From Candidatus Electronema halotolerans (GTDB lineage: Bacteria > Desulfobacterota > Desulfobulbia > Desulfobulbales > Desulfobulbaceae), in the NCBI GenBank assembly GCA_942493095.1, contig OW818675.1, forward strand, positions 2,790,001-2,822,000: DNA of 32,000 bases. Reading direction: 5' to 3'. Below are positions 19,471 to 27,369 of the stretch, piece by piece; positions within the stretch are counted from its first letter, which is position 1; every line of letters starts with the position of its first letter. The notes under the pieces were generated by a model. The model was not told where the DNA came from. It saw only the letters and a program-made list of their open reading frames with translations, and did no database searches. Both the position numbers and the translations under genes were made by a program.

Positions 19471-20956
19471 GTAAGCGATCACAGGGTACCGCTCAGACCC
19501 AGCTTAAATCCGGCATCTGTCCTCTGAAATAGCAGCGCATGGCCTCGGTGAGCACCTCGAAAGTGGATTTTCCCCGAAGCAGGCATGTCTGCCGGAGGGA
19601 AAGGATTCGTTCAACCCAGCGGTTTCCCTTGTCGCTGTCAGTGCCCTGACTCCGTTTGCGCCACAGCACGCCGAAGCGGAGCATCCGTTCCGCTGGATTA
19701 TTTGTCGGCTCTACGCCTTCTTCGAGCAAGAAAGTGAACAACGCCTCCATTTCCTTGTCAATATGACGGACAAACCTCCCCGCATCACTGTCGCAATCGC
19801 GCCAGCGTAGGATAAGTCGGCAGAGCCGGGCATAAAATGCGGACCATTCACCTTTGGTCGGCGGGTCTTTCGCCATGCGGCAGAGCCGCCGCAGTTCCGC
19901 AGCGGCCCATTTTCCGCAGGCAGCCAGTTCAGGGTCAGCGCGCTCCGCAAGGCCGTCTGCCCGGCGGATAAGATGCGCGAGGCAAGTCTGCCGCTTGCCG
20001 ACCCATTTTTGGTACACGTTGTATCCGTCGCTGATGAGAATACCGTTCCAAGCGCCGATCAGTTCTTCAAACGCTTCCTTGGAGCGTTTCGGATGAATCA
20101 TGAAGAACGCGGCCTGCCGGTTCGCCATAACCCATAACCAGCGCAGTCTGCCGCCAGTTTTCCACGTCGTTTCATCAATATGCCCGACATCCCCGCTTGT
20201 GACGGCAGCCCAAATGGCCTCATAGTGCGGCGCGACAGCCGCCGAAGCCCTGTCAATGATCTTCTGCACCGCCCCGGCACTGATATGAACGCCGAGCACG
20301 GAACGGATGAACTTCCGCACAGTTCCCCGGCTGCTGCCGTCCATGCCGCTCAGTTCGGCAACCAGCGCGGTGAACCGCGCCCCGAAACCGGTTCTGAATT
20401 CATCGGGAACACAGCCTCTGACGGTTTTGCCGCAGGCGGCGCATTCCCCTTTATAAAGAAGGAAATGCCTGACCTGCATCACGATTTCCGGCAGTTCAAT
20501 ATGCTGATGCGTATAATATGACCGTATGTTTTTGAATTTGCCGCAACCGCAGGAGCAGGCGGAAGGATACATTTTTTGCGTTTCTGTCGGCGGCATCAGC
20601 TCCTGACGATATCCACGCCGCTTTTTCCGGGGCTTCCCCGCCTGATCTCTCTGCCGTTTTTCTGTAAACGGAGAGTCGGAAGAAGGCGGCCTGTTCGAGT
20701 TCGAGGAATCTTCGCCGAGTTTCGCCTCAAGCTCTTCGACCCGTTTTCTCAGCCGCGTTACCTCAGCGATCAAAAAAGACAGCAGCTTCCGCACCGCAGG
20801 AGGTGTAGCGGCAAGGTCTTCCTCGCTTATCTCAAAATTTTCACAATGGAACGGGGCGGTCACAGCTTTCTCCTGCGGAAAAAATTACTGCTCACAATTT
20901 ATCCAGTTGCGATGCCAAGCGCCAGTGTTTTTTAGAGACACCCTGTGATCAGTTAC
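19471..20956 (-). mobile_element. IS66-family insertion sequence, copy 2 (1486 bp, inverted relative to copy 1)
   Basis: It has the same termini as copy 1. My hand alignment of the two copies found only 5 nucleotide differences. It is flanked by its own 8-bp duplication. Confidence 0.9.
19493..20863 (-). CDS. IS66-family transposase (TnpC-type), copy 2
   Basis: The 456-aa product is identical to that of 12846-14216. Confidence 0.9.
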   Translation of the reverse strand: MTAPFHCENFEISEEDLAATPPAVRKLLSFLIAEVTRLRKRVEELEAKLGEDSSNSNRPPSSDSPFTEKRQRDQAGKPRKKRRGYRQELMPPTETQKMYPSACSCGCGKFKNIRSYYTHQHIELPEIVMQVRHFLLYKGECAACGKTVRGCVPDEFRTGFGARFTALVAELSGMDGSSRGTVRKFIRSVLGVHISAGAVQKIIDRASAAVAPHYEAIWAAVTSGDVGHIDETTWKTGGRLRWLWVMANRQAAFFMIHPKRSKEAFEELIGAWNGILISDGYNVYQKWVGKRQTCLAHLIRRADGLAERADPELAACGKWAAAELRRLCRMAKDPPTKGEWSAFYARLCRLILRWRDCDSDAGRFVRHIDKEMEALFTFLLEEGVEPTNNPAERMLRFGVLWRKRSQGTDSDKGNRWVERILSLRQTCLLRGKSTFEVLTEAMRCYFRGQMPDLSWV

Positions 20957-21812
20957 CCGCAGCCTTTTCCAGTTCCTGAACAGTTCCGGTGATCGGCTGA
21001 TAGATGCTTTGCTCGACCGGGAATTCATGTTTGAAGCGGAATTCAAAACGAGATTCCCAGCTCAACTCCTTCAGCAGCTCTGTTCGAGTGACTTCAGCAA
21101 CACGACGTTCTCCGCCGCCAAGTCGGGCAATCAGCCGGGCAATGGCTTCAATATCCTGCTCCCGCTGTGCCTCCGAGCGGGACATTACCCCATCTTGCTG
21201 CGAAAATTGATAGTTGAAATAGAGAAAACTGGCATCAATAAAGGCAAGAAAGTCAGCGTCGTCCAATCCTGTTTCCTGCCGCACAGCCTCTATTGCCGAA
21301 GACCAGCCCTGCGGAATGCCCGATAAACCTTTGTGCAGCCATTCTCTCTTTGCCTGCCAGCAATCGCGAATAAATGCCTGAAAGTTTTGTTGCCGAGGCG
21401 GCGAATCATCAAGTGGAAGTTTGATTTCTGGAGGTTTTTTTGGTGAAGGAAGGTGACGGTGGATAAGATGAACCAGAACTCGTCGTTCAGGATATTGCTT
21501 TTTTAAAGCAGACCAGCCATCAGCAAGTTGCAGTATCAGACTGGGGTTCGCTTTGTTTTTGCCGCTGGAACGGATGAAGTCGGCAAATGAGATAAATTCA
21601 ACCTTATCAGACCATTTGACCTGATAGGCAAGCAGTTGCCCATCTGTTGTGGCAACAAGAATATCGTCAACGCGCCCGGCGTTCGGATCGGCTATGTGAA
21701 ACCATTCAAGCCTGCCTTGGATAAGGAGGTCATAGATCAGGATGGCTGCACATTTATCCTGCGGCTCAAAGCCGATTCTTGCGTTGCGTTCACCGTCTGC
21801 CGGGTTCAGCAT
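20949..21812 (-). CDS. N-terminal fragment of the disrupted STAND gene: Cap4/DUF4297-like PD-(D/E)xK nuclease domain
   Basis: The 287-aa ORF has an ATG with GAGGTG upstream. RIGFEPQD, VDDILV and AYQVKW resemble the GFxYQ ... D ... QxK signature of DUF4297/Cap4-type endonuclease domains. The last codons (G-N-stop) are supplied by the IS terminus. Confidence 0.6.
   Translation of the reverse strand: MLNPADGERNARIGFEPQDKCAAILIYDLLIQGRLEWFHIADPNAGRVDDILVATTDGQLLAYQVKWSDKVEFISFADFIRSSGKNKANPSLILQLADGWSALKKQYPERRVLVHLIHRHLPSPKKPPEIKLPLDDSPPRQQNFQAFIRDCWQAKREWLHKGLSGIPQGWSSAIEAVRQETGLDDADFLAFIDASFLYFNYQFSQQDGVMSRSEAQREQDIEAIARLIARLGGGERRVAEVTRTELLKELSWESRFEFRFKHEFPVEQSIYQPITGTVQELEKAAGN
20957..20964. 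repeat. Target-site duplication CCGCAGCC, right of IS copy 2
   Basis: Matches 19463-19470. Confidence 0.85.
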
Positions 21813-21884
21813 TTCAAATCAGCACCTCAATCCCCTTTTGCGCCATCAAATTCAGCAGATTTGTTGCTAATTCAGTGAAACTTC

Positions 21885-24290
21885 TCATTGAAGGGGTGCT
21901 GGATTCAACTCAGCAAAGCGCGGCAGGAGCAGCCCGGCGAGCATGTAGAGCAGGAAGGCGGCGTAAACTGTCATCGTGAAGCCGATATAGATGGCGGCAA
22001 CCACACTCAGGACACTGCCGAGCACGGTGCAGAGGCCGTTCACTGCCCACGCCCAGCCCACTGCGCCCCGGCCCTTGTTATGGGAACCAGCAATGCCAAG
22101 GGCAAAGGGCATGCCCATGAAGACACCGAGCGGGAAAATCAGCAGCACCGTGGCGAGAATGCGGACTGGGGTCGGCCACTGGAGGAAGAAGTCGAGCAGC
22201 GGTGTTTTGAGCAGCATCAGGAGGAGGCCGCAGAACGGAATGCCGACAAAAGGCAGCAGCCGGGCCAGCCGTTTTTGCGATAAGGCCAAGGCATCGCAAA
22301 GCCAACTGCCCGCGCCTGCGGCCAGCAGGAAGGCAAAGACCACGCCTGCATAGGTGTAGAGCGGATAGCCAACCAGCTTGTGAAAGAACTGAATGAAGAT
22401 CAGCTCAATGGTGATGAAGCCCGCGCCCAGGCAGGCAAAGTAGGCGATAAAAGCAGGCTTGCCGCTCCACTTGGCCCGGCCTGTGGCGGAAAAGAGCAGC
22501 GGCCCGAACAGGCAGACTGCTGCCAAGGCCAAGGCGGCTCCGGCAGTGACGATCAGATGGATAATATCCATCGGCACCCCATGCTTGATGGAGTTGTTGA
22601 GCAGCACGCTGACGGAGCGGTCAACATACGGCTCTTTGCCGGAAACCGGCCCCAGATGCTTGCGCAGGTGGTTGAAAAAAGGCCGGTCATCAGTCGGCAC
22701 CTCAATCCGGTAGGGGATATTGGCCTCCAGCTCCGGCGGCAGCTGGCCCGTGAAAAAGCCAGGGGCGATGTGGCTGGCCTTTGGCTGGAGCGGATTATGG
22801 ACCAGCTTGAATTTACCGTGCATCAGCGCGTTCACACGGTCAAACTCCTCCTGCGTCCACGGTGACATCTTGATCAGCAGGGTGGGCAGATTGGCCCAAG
22901 CCGCAGAATAGTAGATCAGGACATGACGGGCAAAGTCCTTCCGGCCCATCTCGCTCCACGCTCTGGCAGCAGTGAGCAGCATCTTGGCCCAGACATGATG
23001 ATTGACATGCAGAACCCCGTTTGCGCTCAGATGGCTGAAGTATTCTTTATAGGCCTCAACCGTCTGGAGATAATTGGGCGAGACCGCACCGGAGCCGGAG
23101 GCAATGCTGGCCGAGGTGTGGTTGGACATCATCTGAATGATGTCATAGGATTTGTTGCTGGCCCGCAGGAAGCTGCGCCCCTCGCCTTGGACAGCGTTCA
23201 CCTTGGGATTGGTGTACGGTTCAACCGCATATTTTTCTTTGCCCAGCCGGATTACCGATCCCACCAGCTCGACCGCATCGACCTCGCTGGCTCCAAAGGC
23301 CACAGCAGCCTTGGTTTCCTGCCCGCCTGCCGCGCCAATGACCAGCACCTTGGCTCCGCTACCCTCTTTCAGCCAGTGCGAGGCAAAGACAAAGCGGCCC
23401 CAGAAGTGGCGGTTCGATTTTTGCGGCAGCTCGCGGCGCAGCTTTTGGTAATCACCGTCAAAATCATAGAAATAGCTGGTCTGGGTGCCGCCGTCATAAG
23501 CGATCCACGTGAACAGGTCGCTGTAGCGGATCAGATCAATACGGGAAATGCGGTCCCAAACCGTGAGCAAGGGCGGTTTTTCAGTCAGGGAGATGATGCC
23601 CCGCTTGTTCATATGGAAAGGAATTTCTAAATAATCGCTGTGTCCTTTGCCGATGAACGGCCATGCTGCTGTGAAAATGGCCAGCAAAAGCAGGGGAATC
23701 CTGAATCGGTTTTGGCGCAGCAGCAGAACAGCACCGATCAAGGTCAGTCCGGCCACAGCAAAGAGCAGGCCCGGCCCGCCAAAGGTGGGAATCAGCAATG
23801 GCACTAAGATGCAGCCGAGCGAGGCTCCGGCCAAGTCCCAAGCGTAGAGCCTGCCAAAGCGTTCCGCATGTTCGGTGAAAATCAAAGACAGGATCAGGCC
23901 GCTGAGAAAGAAGGGTGCCAGCAGGCCGCTGAAAGCGACAAAGACTCGCAGAGCCAAGGAGCTGATGCTCTTGAAGTCAATGAAATCAACCTTGAACACA
24001 CTGAGCAGGATAAAGACACCGACATAGCTTGCTGCCAAAGTCACGGTCAGCAGCACGGCCAGCGGCTGCCGCCAGACAAGTCGCTCGGCCAGCACTGAGG
24101 TGACAACTCCGGCAATGCCAAAGCCGAGCAGGGCCAAGGTGATGACCATGTAGGAAAAATGGGGATACCAAAGAATATCCAGCACCCGGATCAGGCTCAG
24201 TTCGTAGAACAGGGTTGAGAGGGCGATCAGGGCGACATAGCCGCCTGTTGCCTCGAACTTGCTCTGAGGCTGCGCTGAAAGATTTGTCAT
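21885..24290 (-). CDS. Polytopic membrane protein with a spermidine-synthase-like (SAM-dependent aminopropyltransferase fold) domain
   Basis: The 801-aa ORF has many TM helices at both ends. The central soluble part has the Rossmann-type segment VLVIGAAGGQETKAAVAFGASEVDAVELV. This is the architecture of proteins usually annotated as fused MFS/spermidine synthase. Confidence 0.6.
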   Translation of the reverse strand: MTNLSAQPQSKFEATGGYVALIALSTLFYELSLIRVLDILWYPHFSYMVITLALLGFGIAGVVTSVLAERLVWRQPLAVLLTVTLAASYVGVFILLSVFKVDFIDFKSISSLALRVFVAFSGLLAPFFLSGLILSLIFTEHAERFGRLYAWDLAGASLGCILVPLLIPTFGGPGLLFAVAGLTLIGAVLLLRQNRFRIPLLLLAIFTAAWPFIGKGHSDYLEIPFHMNKRGIISLTEKPPLLTVWDRISRIDLIRYSDLFTWIAYDGGTQTSYFYDFDGDYQKLRRELPQKSNRHFWGRFVFASHWLKEGSGAKVLVIGAAGGQETKAAVAFGASEVDAVELVGSVIRLGKEKYAVEPYTNPKVNAVQGEGRSFLRASNKSYDIIQMMSNHTSASIASGSGAVSPNYLQTVEAYKEYFSHLSANGVLHVNHHVWAKMLLTAARAWSEMGRKDFARHVLIYYSAAWANLPTLLIKMSPWTQEEFDRVNALMHGKFKLVHNPLQPKASHIAPGFFTGQLPPELEANIPYRIEVPTDDRPFFNHLRKHLGPVSGKEPYVDRSVSVLLNNSIKHGVPMDIIHLIVTAGAALALAAVCLFGPLLFSATGRAKWSGKPAFIAYFACLGAGFITIELIFIQFFHKLVGYPLYTYAGVVFAFLLAAGAGSWLCDALALSQKRLARLLPFVGIPFCGLLLMLLKTPLLDFFLQWPTPVRILATVLLIFPLGVFMGMPFALGIAGSHNKGRGAVGWAWAVNGLCTVLGSVLSVVAAIYIGFTMTVYAAFLLYMLAGLLLPRFAELNPAPLQ

Positions 24291-24305
24291 GAGTTGCAGA
24301 AGTGA

Positions 24306-24845
24306 TCAGATAAAGACTATCACCACAATGGTGAAGGCAATGGCCACGGCAAAGTAAATTGTCGGCACGTCAAGCCAGACAGGCGGCAGCCAGGCAATGA
24401 GATTCTGCGACGCTGTTGCGGCCAAAGGCGGGGTCATCTGTTCGCGGAAGGGATAACCGGTCATGTCAAGATAAAACCAGATGGTGCCGATTAAGAGATA
24501 TCCGTTGAAAGCCCCGATGATGCAGCCCAGCAGCCAGTCCTGGAAGCGGTCACGGGAAGTTGTCAGCTTGGTTCCGGCCATTTTATGCACCCTGGGAATA
24601 TGATAGCCGAACAGGGCAAAGGCCAGCAGCAGCAGCAGCCAGAGGCAGAATGGTCCGGTCGTGTTGGGATTATTGCTGGACATCATTTGGGAGGCCCAAG
24701 GCAGATAGGTCTGAACAATCTGGATGATGAAGAGCACCAGAATCATGCTGACCGTGACTAACAGCTCCTTGGCCCAGCCGCGCATTGCGCCGATCAGGGC
24801 GAACATGATGATGAATATCCAGAAAACAAGACTGAGCGAGAGCAT
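24306..24845 (-). CDS. cvpA: CvpA-family (colicin V production-like) membrane protein
   Basis: About 180 aa with 4 TM helices. The N-terminus FALIGAMRGWAKELL resembles the CvpA GxxRG motif. The ATG at 24843-24845 is preceded by GAGGAGG; the track start is a TTG at 24863. Confidence 0.5.
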   Translation of the reverse strand: MLSLSLVFWIFIIMFALIGAMRGWAKELLVTVSMILVLFIIQIVQTYLPWASQMMSSNNPNTTGPFCLWLLLLLAFALFGYHIPRVHKMAGTKLTTSRDRFQDWLLGCIIGAFNGYLLIGTIWFYLDMTGYPFREQMTPPLAATASQNLIAWLPPVWLDVPTIYFAVAIAFTIVVIVFI

Positions 24846-24901
24846 GGCCTCCTCTTTGTTCAATAGGTGAATGCCGCTGACTTCGGCAATGCCTTCCGCT
24901 C

Positions 24902-25906
24902 TCAGCCCCGGAGCAGTTTCGGTTTGAACAGATATTCTTCCATGTGATGAATTTCGTCAATGCCGGAGATGACAATTTCCGGGTCAGTGACAAGCTGCTC
25001 TGCCGCAGTTTTTTCCGGGTAGTCGATGTTGGCAAGAATGTGCTTGATGCAGTTGATCCGCGCCTTTTTCTTATTATCTGAGCGGACGATGGTCCACGGC
25101 GTGAGGCTGCGGTTGGATTCGTTGAGCATCTGGAATTTTTTGACGCTGTACTGATCCCAGTAGGTCTGAGCGAGATTGTCAACCGGCGAGAGCTTGTACT
25201 GCTTGAGCGGATCGCTTTTGCGGCCCTCAAAGCGGCGGGCCTGCTCCTGTTTGGAAACAGAAAAATAAAACTTGAACAGGATGATGCCGTCTTTGACCAG
25301 CATCTGCTCAAAGAGCGGCACATCCTTGAGAAAACGCTTGTGCTGCTCATCAGTGCAGAAATCCATGACCGGCTCAACCATGGCCCGGTTGTACCAGGAA
25401 CGGTCAAAGAGGACCAGCTCCCCGCCTGCCGGCAGATGGGCGACATAACGCTGGAAAAACCACTGCGTCACCTCAGTGTCACTGGGTTTGGCCAAGGCCA
25501 CCACGCGGGCATTGCGCGGATTGAGAAACTCGGTGATCCGCTTGATCGTGCCGCCCTTGCCTGCCGCGTCCCGGCCTTCAAACAGGACCAGCACCCGCAG
25601 CCCGGCCTCCTTGATGTGCATCTGGAGCTTCATCAGCTCAATTTGCAGGGACTTCAGCTCAAGCTCGTATTCAATGACCTTTTCACTGACCCAGACCGCC
25701 CGACGGCCTTTTTTTTCTTTTTTATCAATGTTCTCGACTGCAGTTCCTTCCATCAAGCGGATTTTCTCCTCCTGTCCATCAGCCTGCTCCTCCTGTGCAG
25801 CAGTCTCTTTTTCCTCTGCGGTCAGATCTCCGCCCGCAGGCTCCTCTGGAGATTTTGTCTCGTTCTCTTCGTTTTTCCGCTCATTTTTTTTCTTGTCATC
25901 TGACAT
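24902..25906 (-). CDS. ppk2: Polyphosphate kinase 2 (PPK2), single-domain type with a Lys/Glu-rich N-terminal extension
   Basis: It has FEGRDAAGKGGTIKRI (PPK2 Walker A), RSWYNR and TPWTIVRSDNKKKARIN blocks. The ATG at 25904-25906 is preceded by AGGAG at 7 nt; the track start of 25948 is unlikely. Confidence 0.85.
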   Translation of the reverse strand: MSDDKKKNERKNEENETKSPEEPAGGDLTAEEKETAAQEEQADGQEEKIRLMEGTAVENIDKKEKKGRRAVWVSEKVIEYELELKSLQIELMKLQMHIKEAGLRVLVLFEGRDAAGKGGTIKRITEFLNPRNARVVALAKPSDTEVTQWFFQRYVAHLPAGGELVLFDRSWYNRAMVEPVMDFCTDEQHKRFLKDVPLFEQMLVKDGIILFKFYFSVSKQEQARRFEGRKSDPLKQYKLSPVDNLAQTYWDQYSVKKFQMLNESNRSLTPWTIVRSDNKKKARINCIKHILANIDYPEKTAAEQLVTDPEIVISGIDEIHHMEEYLFKPKLLRG

Positions 25907-25936
25907 GATATTGCTCCTGATAATGGTGTTTGCGGA

Positions 25937-25965
25937 ATTGTAGCACAAGTGCTGCTGGATGGAAA
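25937..25965 (-). promoter_or_regulatory. Putative extended -10 promoter of ppk2
   Basis: On the minus strand: TTTCCA (25960-25965), a 17-nt spacer, then TGc-TACAAT (25937-25945). It is followed by the AGGAG and ATG of ppk2. Confidence 0.35.
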
Positions 25966-26103
25966 CAATTCTCCGTGCCGCAGCTCAGTTCAGCTTGCGG
26001 CCCTGCCCGCAGCCTACGCTGACCGTGAATGCGGCGGCGGATAAAAAATCTCCTTATAATTTTGCGGTCAAGACAATCATTAACAGGCTGTACAGAAGCC
26101 CTG

Positions 26104-26126
26104 CTCTGTGCTAATATAGCACAGAG
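26104..26126 (+). promoter_or_regulatory. Perfect palindrome CTCTGTGCTA-ATA-TAGCACAGAG overlapping a putative extended -10 (TGcTAATAT) upstream of argJ
   Basis: The 10-bp arms and 3-nt spacer were verified base by base. TAATAT lies at 26112-26117 with TG at 26109-26110. It sits 14 nt upstream of the argJ ATG. Confidence 0.4.
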
Positions 26127-26139
26127 AGCAGCAGCGGTC

Positions 26140-27363
26140 ATGCCGCAACAGAAGAAAACACACACCAGCGGACAGCAGATGCAGGTCAAAGGATTTTCCG
26201 CCGCCGCAGTCAGGGCAGGCATCAAGTATCAGAACCGGCTTGATCTGGGGCTGATTTTTTCTGAGACTCCAGCCGCCGCCGCTGGAGTGTTCACCACCAG
26301 CACGGTCAAGGCTGCTCCAGTCCTGCTCGGCATGGAGCGGCTGCGCTCAGGCCGGGCGCAGGCCATAGTGGTCAACAGCGGCAATGCCAATGCCTGCACA
26401 GGCGCAGAGGGCATGAGCATGGCCCGCGCTGTGGGCGGCTTGGCTGCCCAAGCCTTGCGCATTGATGAGGAGCTGGTTCAAGTTGCCTCCACCGGCGTGA
26501 TCGGGGCGCAGCTCAAGCTGGAGCCGTTTGCCAAGGCCATGCCTGATCTGGCTGCCGCTCTGTCACCGGACGGCTTTGCTGATCTGGCCCGCGCCATCAT
26601 GACCACGGACACGGTGCCCAAGACGGCTGCCGCAACGGTGATGATCGACAACAGGGAGGTCAACCTCTGGGCCTGCGCCAAAGGGGCCGGCATGATCATG
26701 CCCAATATGGCCACCATGCTCTGCTTTGCCGTCACTGACGCAAAGATCGCCCAGCCCGCTTTGCAGGCGGCAGTCAGCAGCGGGGCCGAGCTGTCCTTCA
26801 ACCGCATCACCGTCGATGGCGACACCTCGACCAATGACACTGTCCTCTGTTTAGCCAATGGCGCGGCAGGGAACACCTTGCTTGACCAGCACTGCCCAGA
26901 AGCTTTGGCAGTCTTCACTGAGGCTCTGCATGGCCTGTTCAAAGACCTTGCGGTGCAGATAGTCCGCGACGGCGAAGGCGCAACCAAACTTGTGATTATT
27001 CGGGTGGAAGGTGCCGCAACCCAGGAGGAGGCGGTTAATGCGGCCCGCACCATTGCCAATTCGCCCTTGGTGAAGACTGCTTTTTTTGGTGAAGATGCCA
27101 ACTGGGGCCGGATCATTGCCGCTCTCGGTCGTTCTGGAGCTGAGTTCCAGCCGGAGCGCGTCGCCATTGCCTTTGATGAGGCCCTTTTGGTGGAAAACGG
27201 CTTTGGTTTGGGTCAAGAGGCGGAGCATGCCGCTTCGCAGGTCTTGAAAAAAAAGGACTTCACAGTCACGGTCCGTCTTGGTCAAGGCGCGGCAGCGGCG
27301 GAAGTGCTGACCTGCGACCTGAGCTGTGATTATGTCAAGATCAACGCAGACTACCGCTCCTGA
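26140..27363 (+). CDS. argJ: Bifunctional glutamate N-acetyltransferase / amino-acid acetyltransferase ArgJ
   Basis: It is collinear with known ArgJ proteins. Shared blocks are KGFSAAAV, NSGNANACTG, ILTTDT-like IMTTDTVPK, the autoproteolysis site PNMATML, TVDGDTSTND, DGEGATK, DANWGRI and CDLSCDYVKINADYRS. The track ORF start of 26029 is too far upstream. Confidence 0.95.
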   Translation: MPQQKKTHTSGQQMQVKGFSAAAVRAGIKYQNRLDLGLIFSETPAAAAGVFTTSTVKAAPVLLGMERLRSGRAQAIVVNSGNANACTGAEGMSMARAVGGLAAQALRIDEELVQVASTGVIGAQLKLEPFAKAMPDLAAALSPDGFADLARAIMTTDTVPKTAAATVMIDNREVNLWACAKGAGMIMPNMATMLCFAVTDAKIAQPALQAAVSSGAELSFNRITVDGDTSTNDTVLCLANGAAGNTLLDQHCPEALAVFTEALHGLFKDLAVQIVRDGEGATKLVIIRVEGAATQEEAVNAARTIANSPLVKTAFFGEDANWGRIIAALGRSGAEFQPERVAIAFDEALLVENGFGLGQEAEHAASQVLKKKDFTVTVRLGQGAAAAEVLTCDLSCDYVKINADYRS

Positions 27364-27369
27364 GCGGCA

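Larger units (their letters stand above)
12687..21812 (-). pseudogene. Reconstructed nuclease-STAND (Avs-like) gene, inactivated by two IS insertions and an in-frame TAG
   Basis: Deleting 19471-20964 joins ...LEKAA to AQFNSGYLALIGPPGTGKSTTLTQTF... in frame, giving 1119 codons down to the TAG at 16959-16961. The next 925 codons are in the same frame once 12753-14246 is deleted, ending at the TGA at 12687-12689. All junction frames were checked by hand. Confidence 0.75.

Noticed and set aside
12753-20956. Composite transposon: two inverted IS copies bracketing a 5.2-kb cargo.
   Set aside because: Each IS has its own matching 8-bp duplication (ACCGACAT and CCGCAGCC). The outer flanks do not match each other. 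The 'cargo' is simply the middle of a gene whose ends lie outside the pair. These are two independent insertions.
24670-25446. 258-aa minus-strand ORF overlapping ppk2 and cvpA in another frame. Also the antisense ORFs over argJ (26478-27167, 26851-27666) and over der and the HAD gene (9012-9620, 10165-10866, 10969-11688, 12004-12483).
   Set aside because: They overlap genes with strong family signatures, and their translations are Ser/Arg/Ala-rich frame-shadow sequences.
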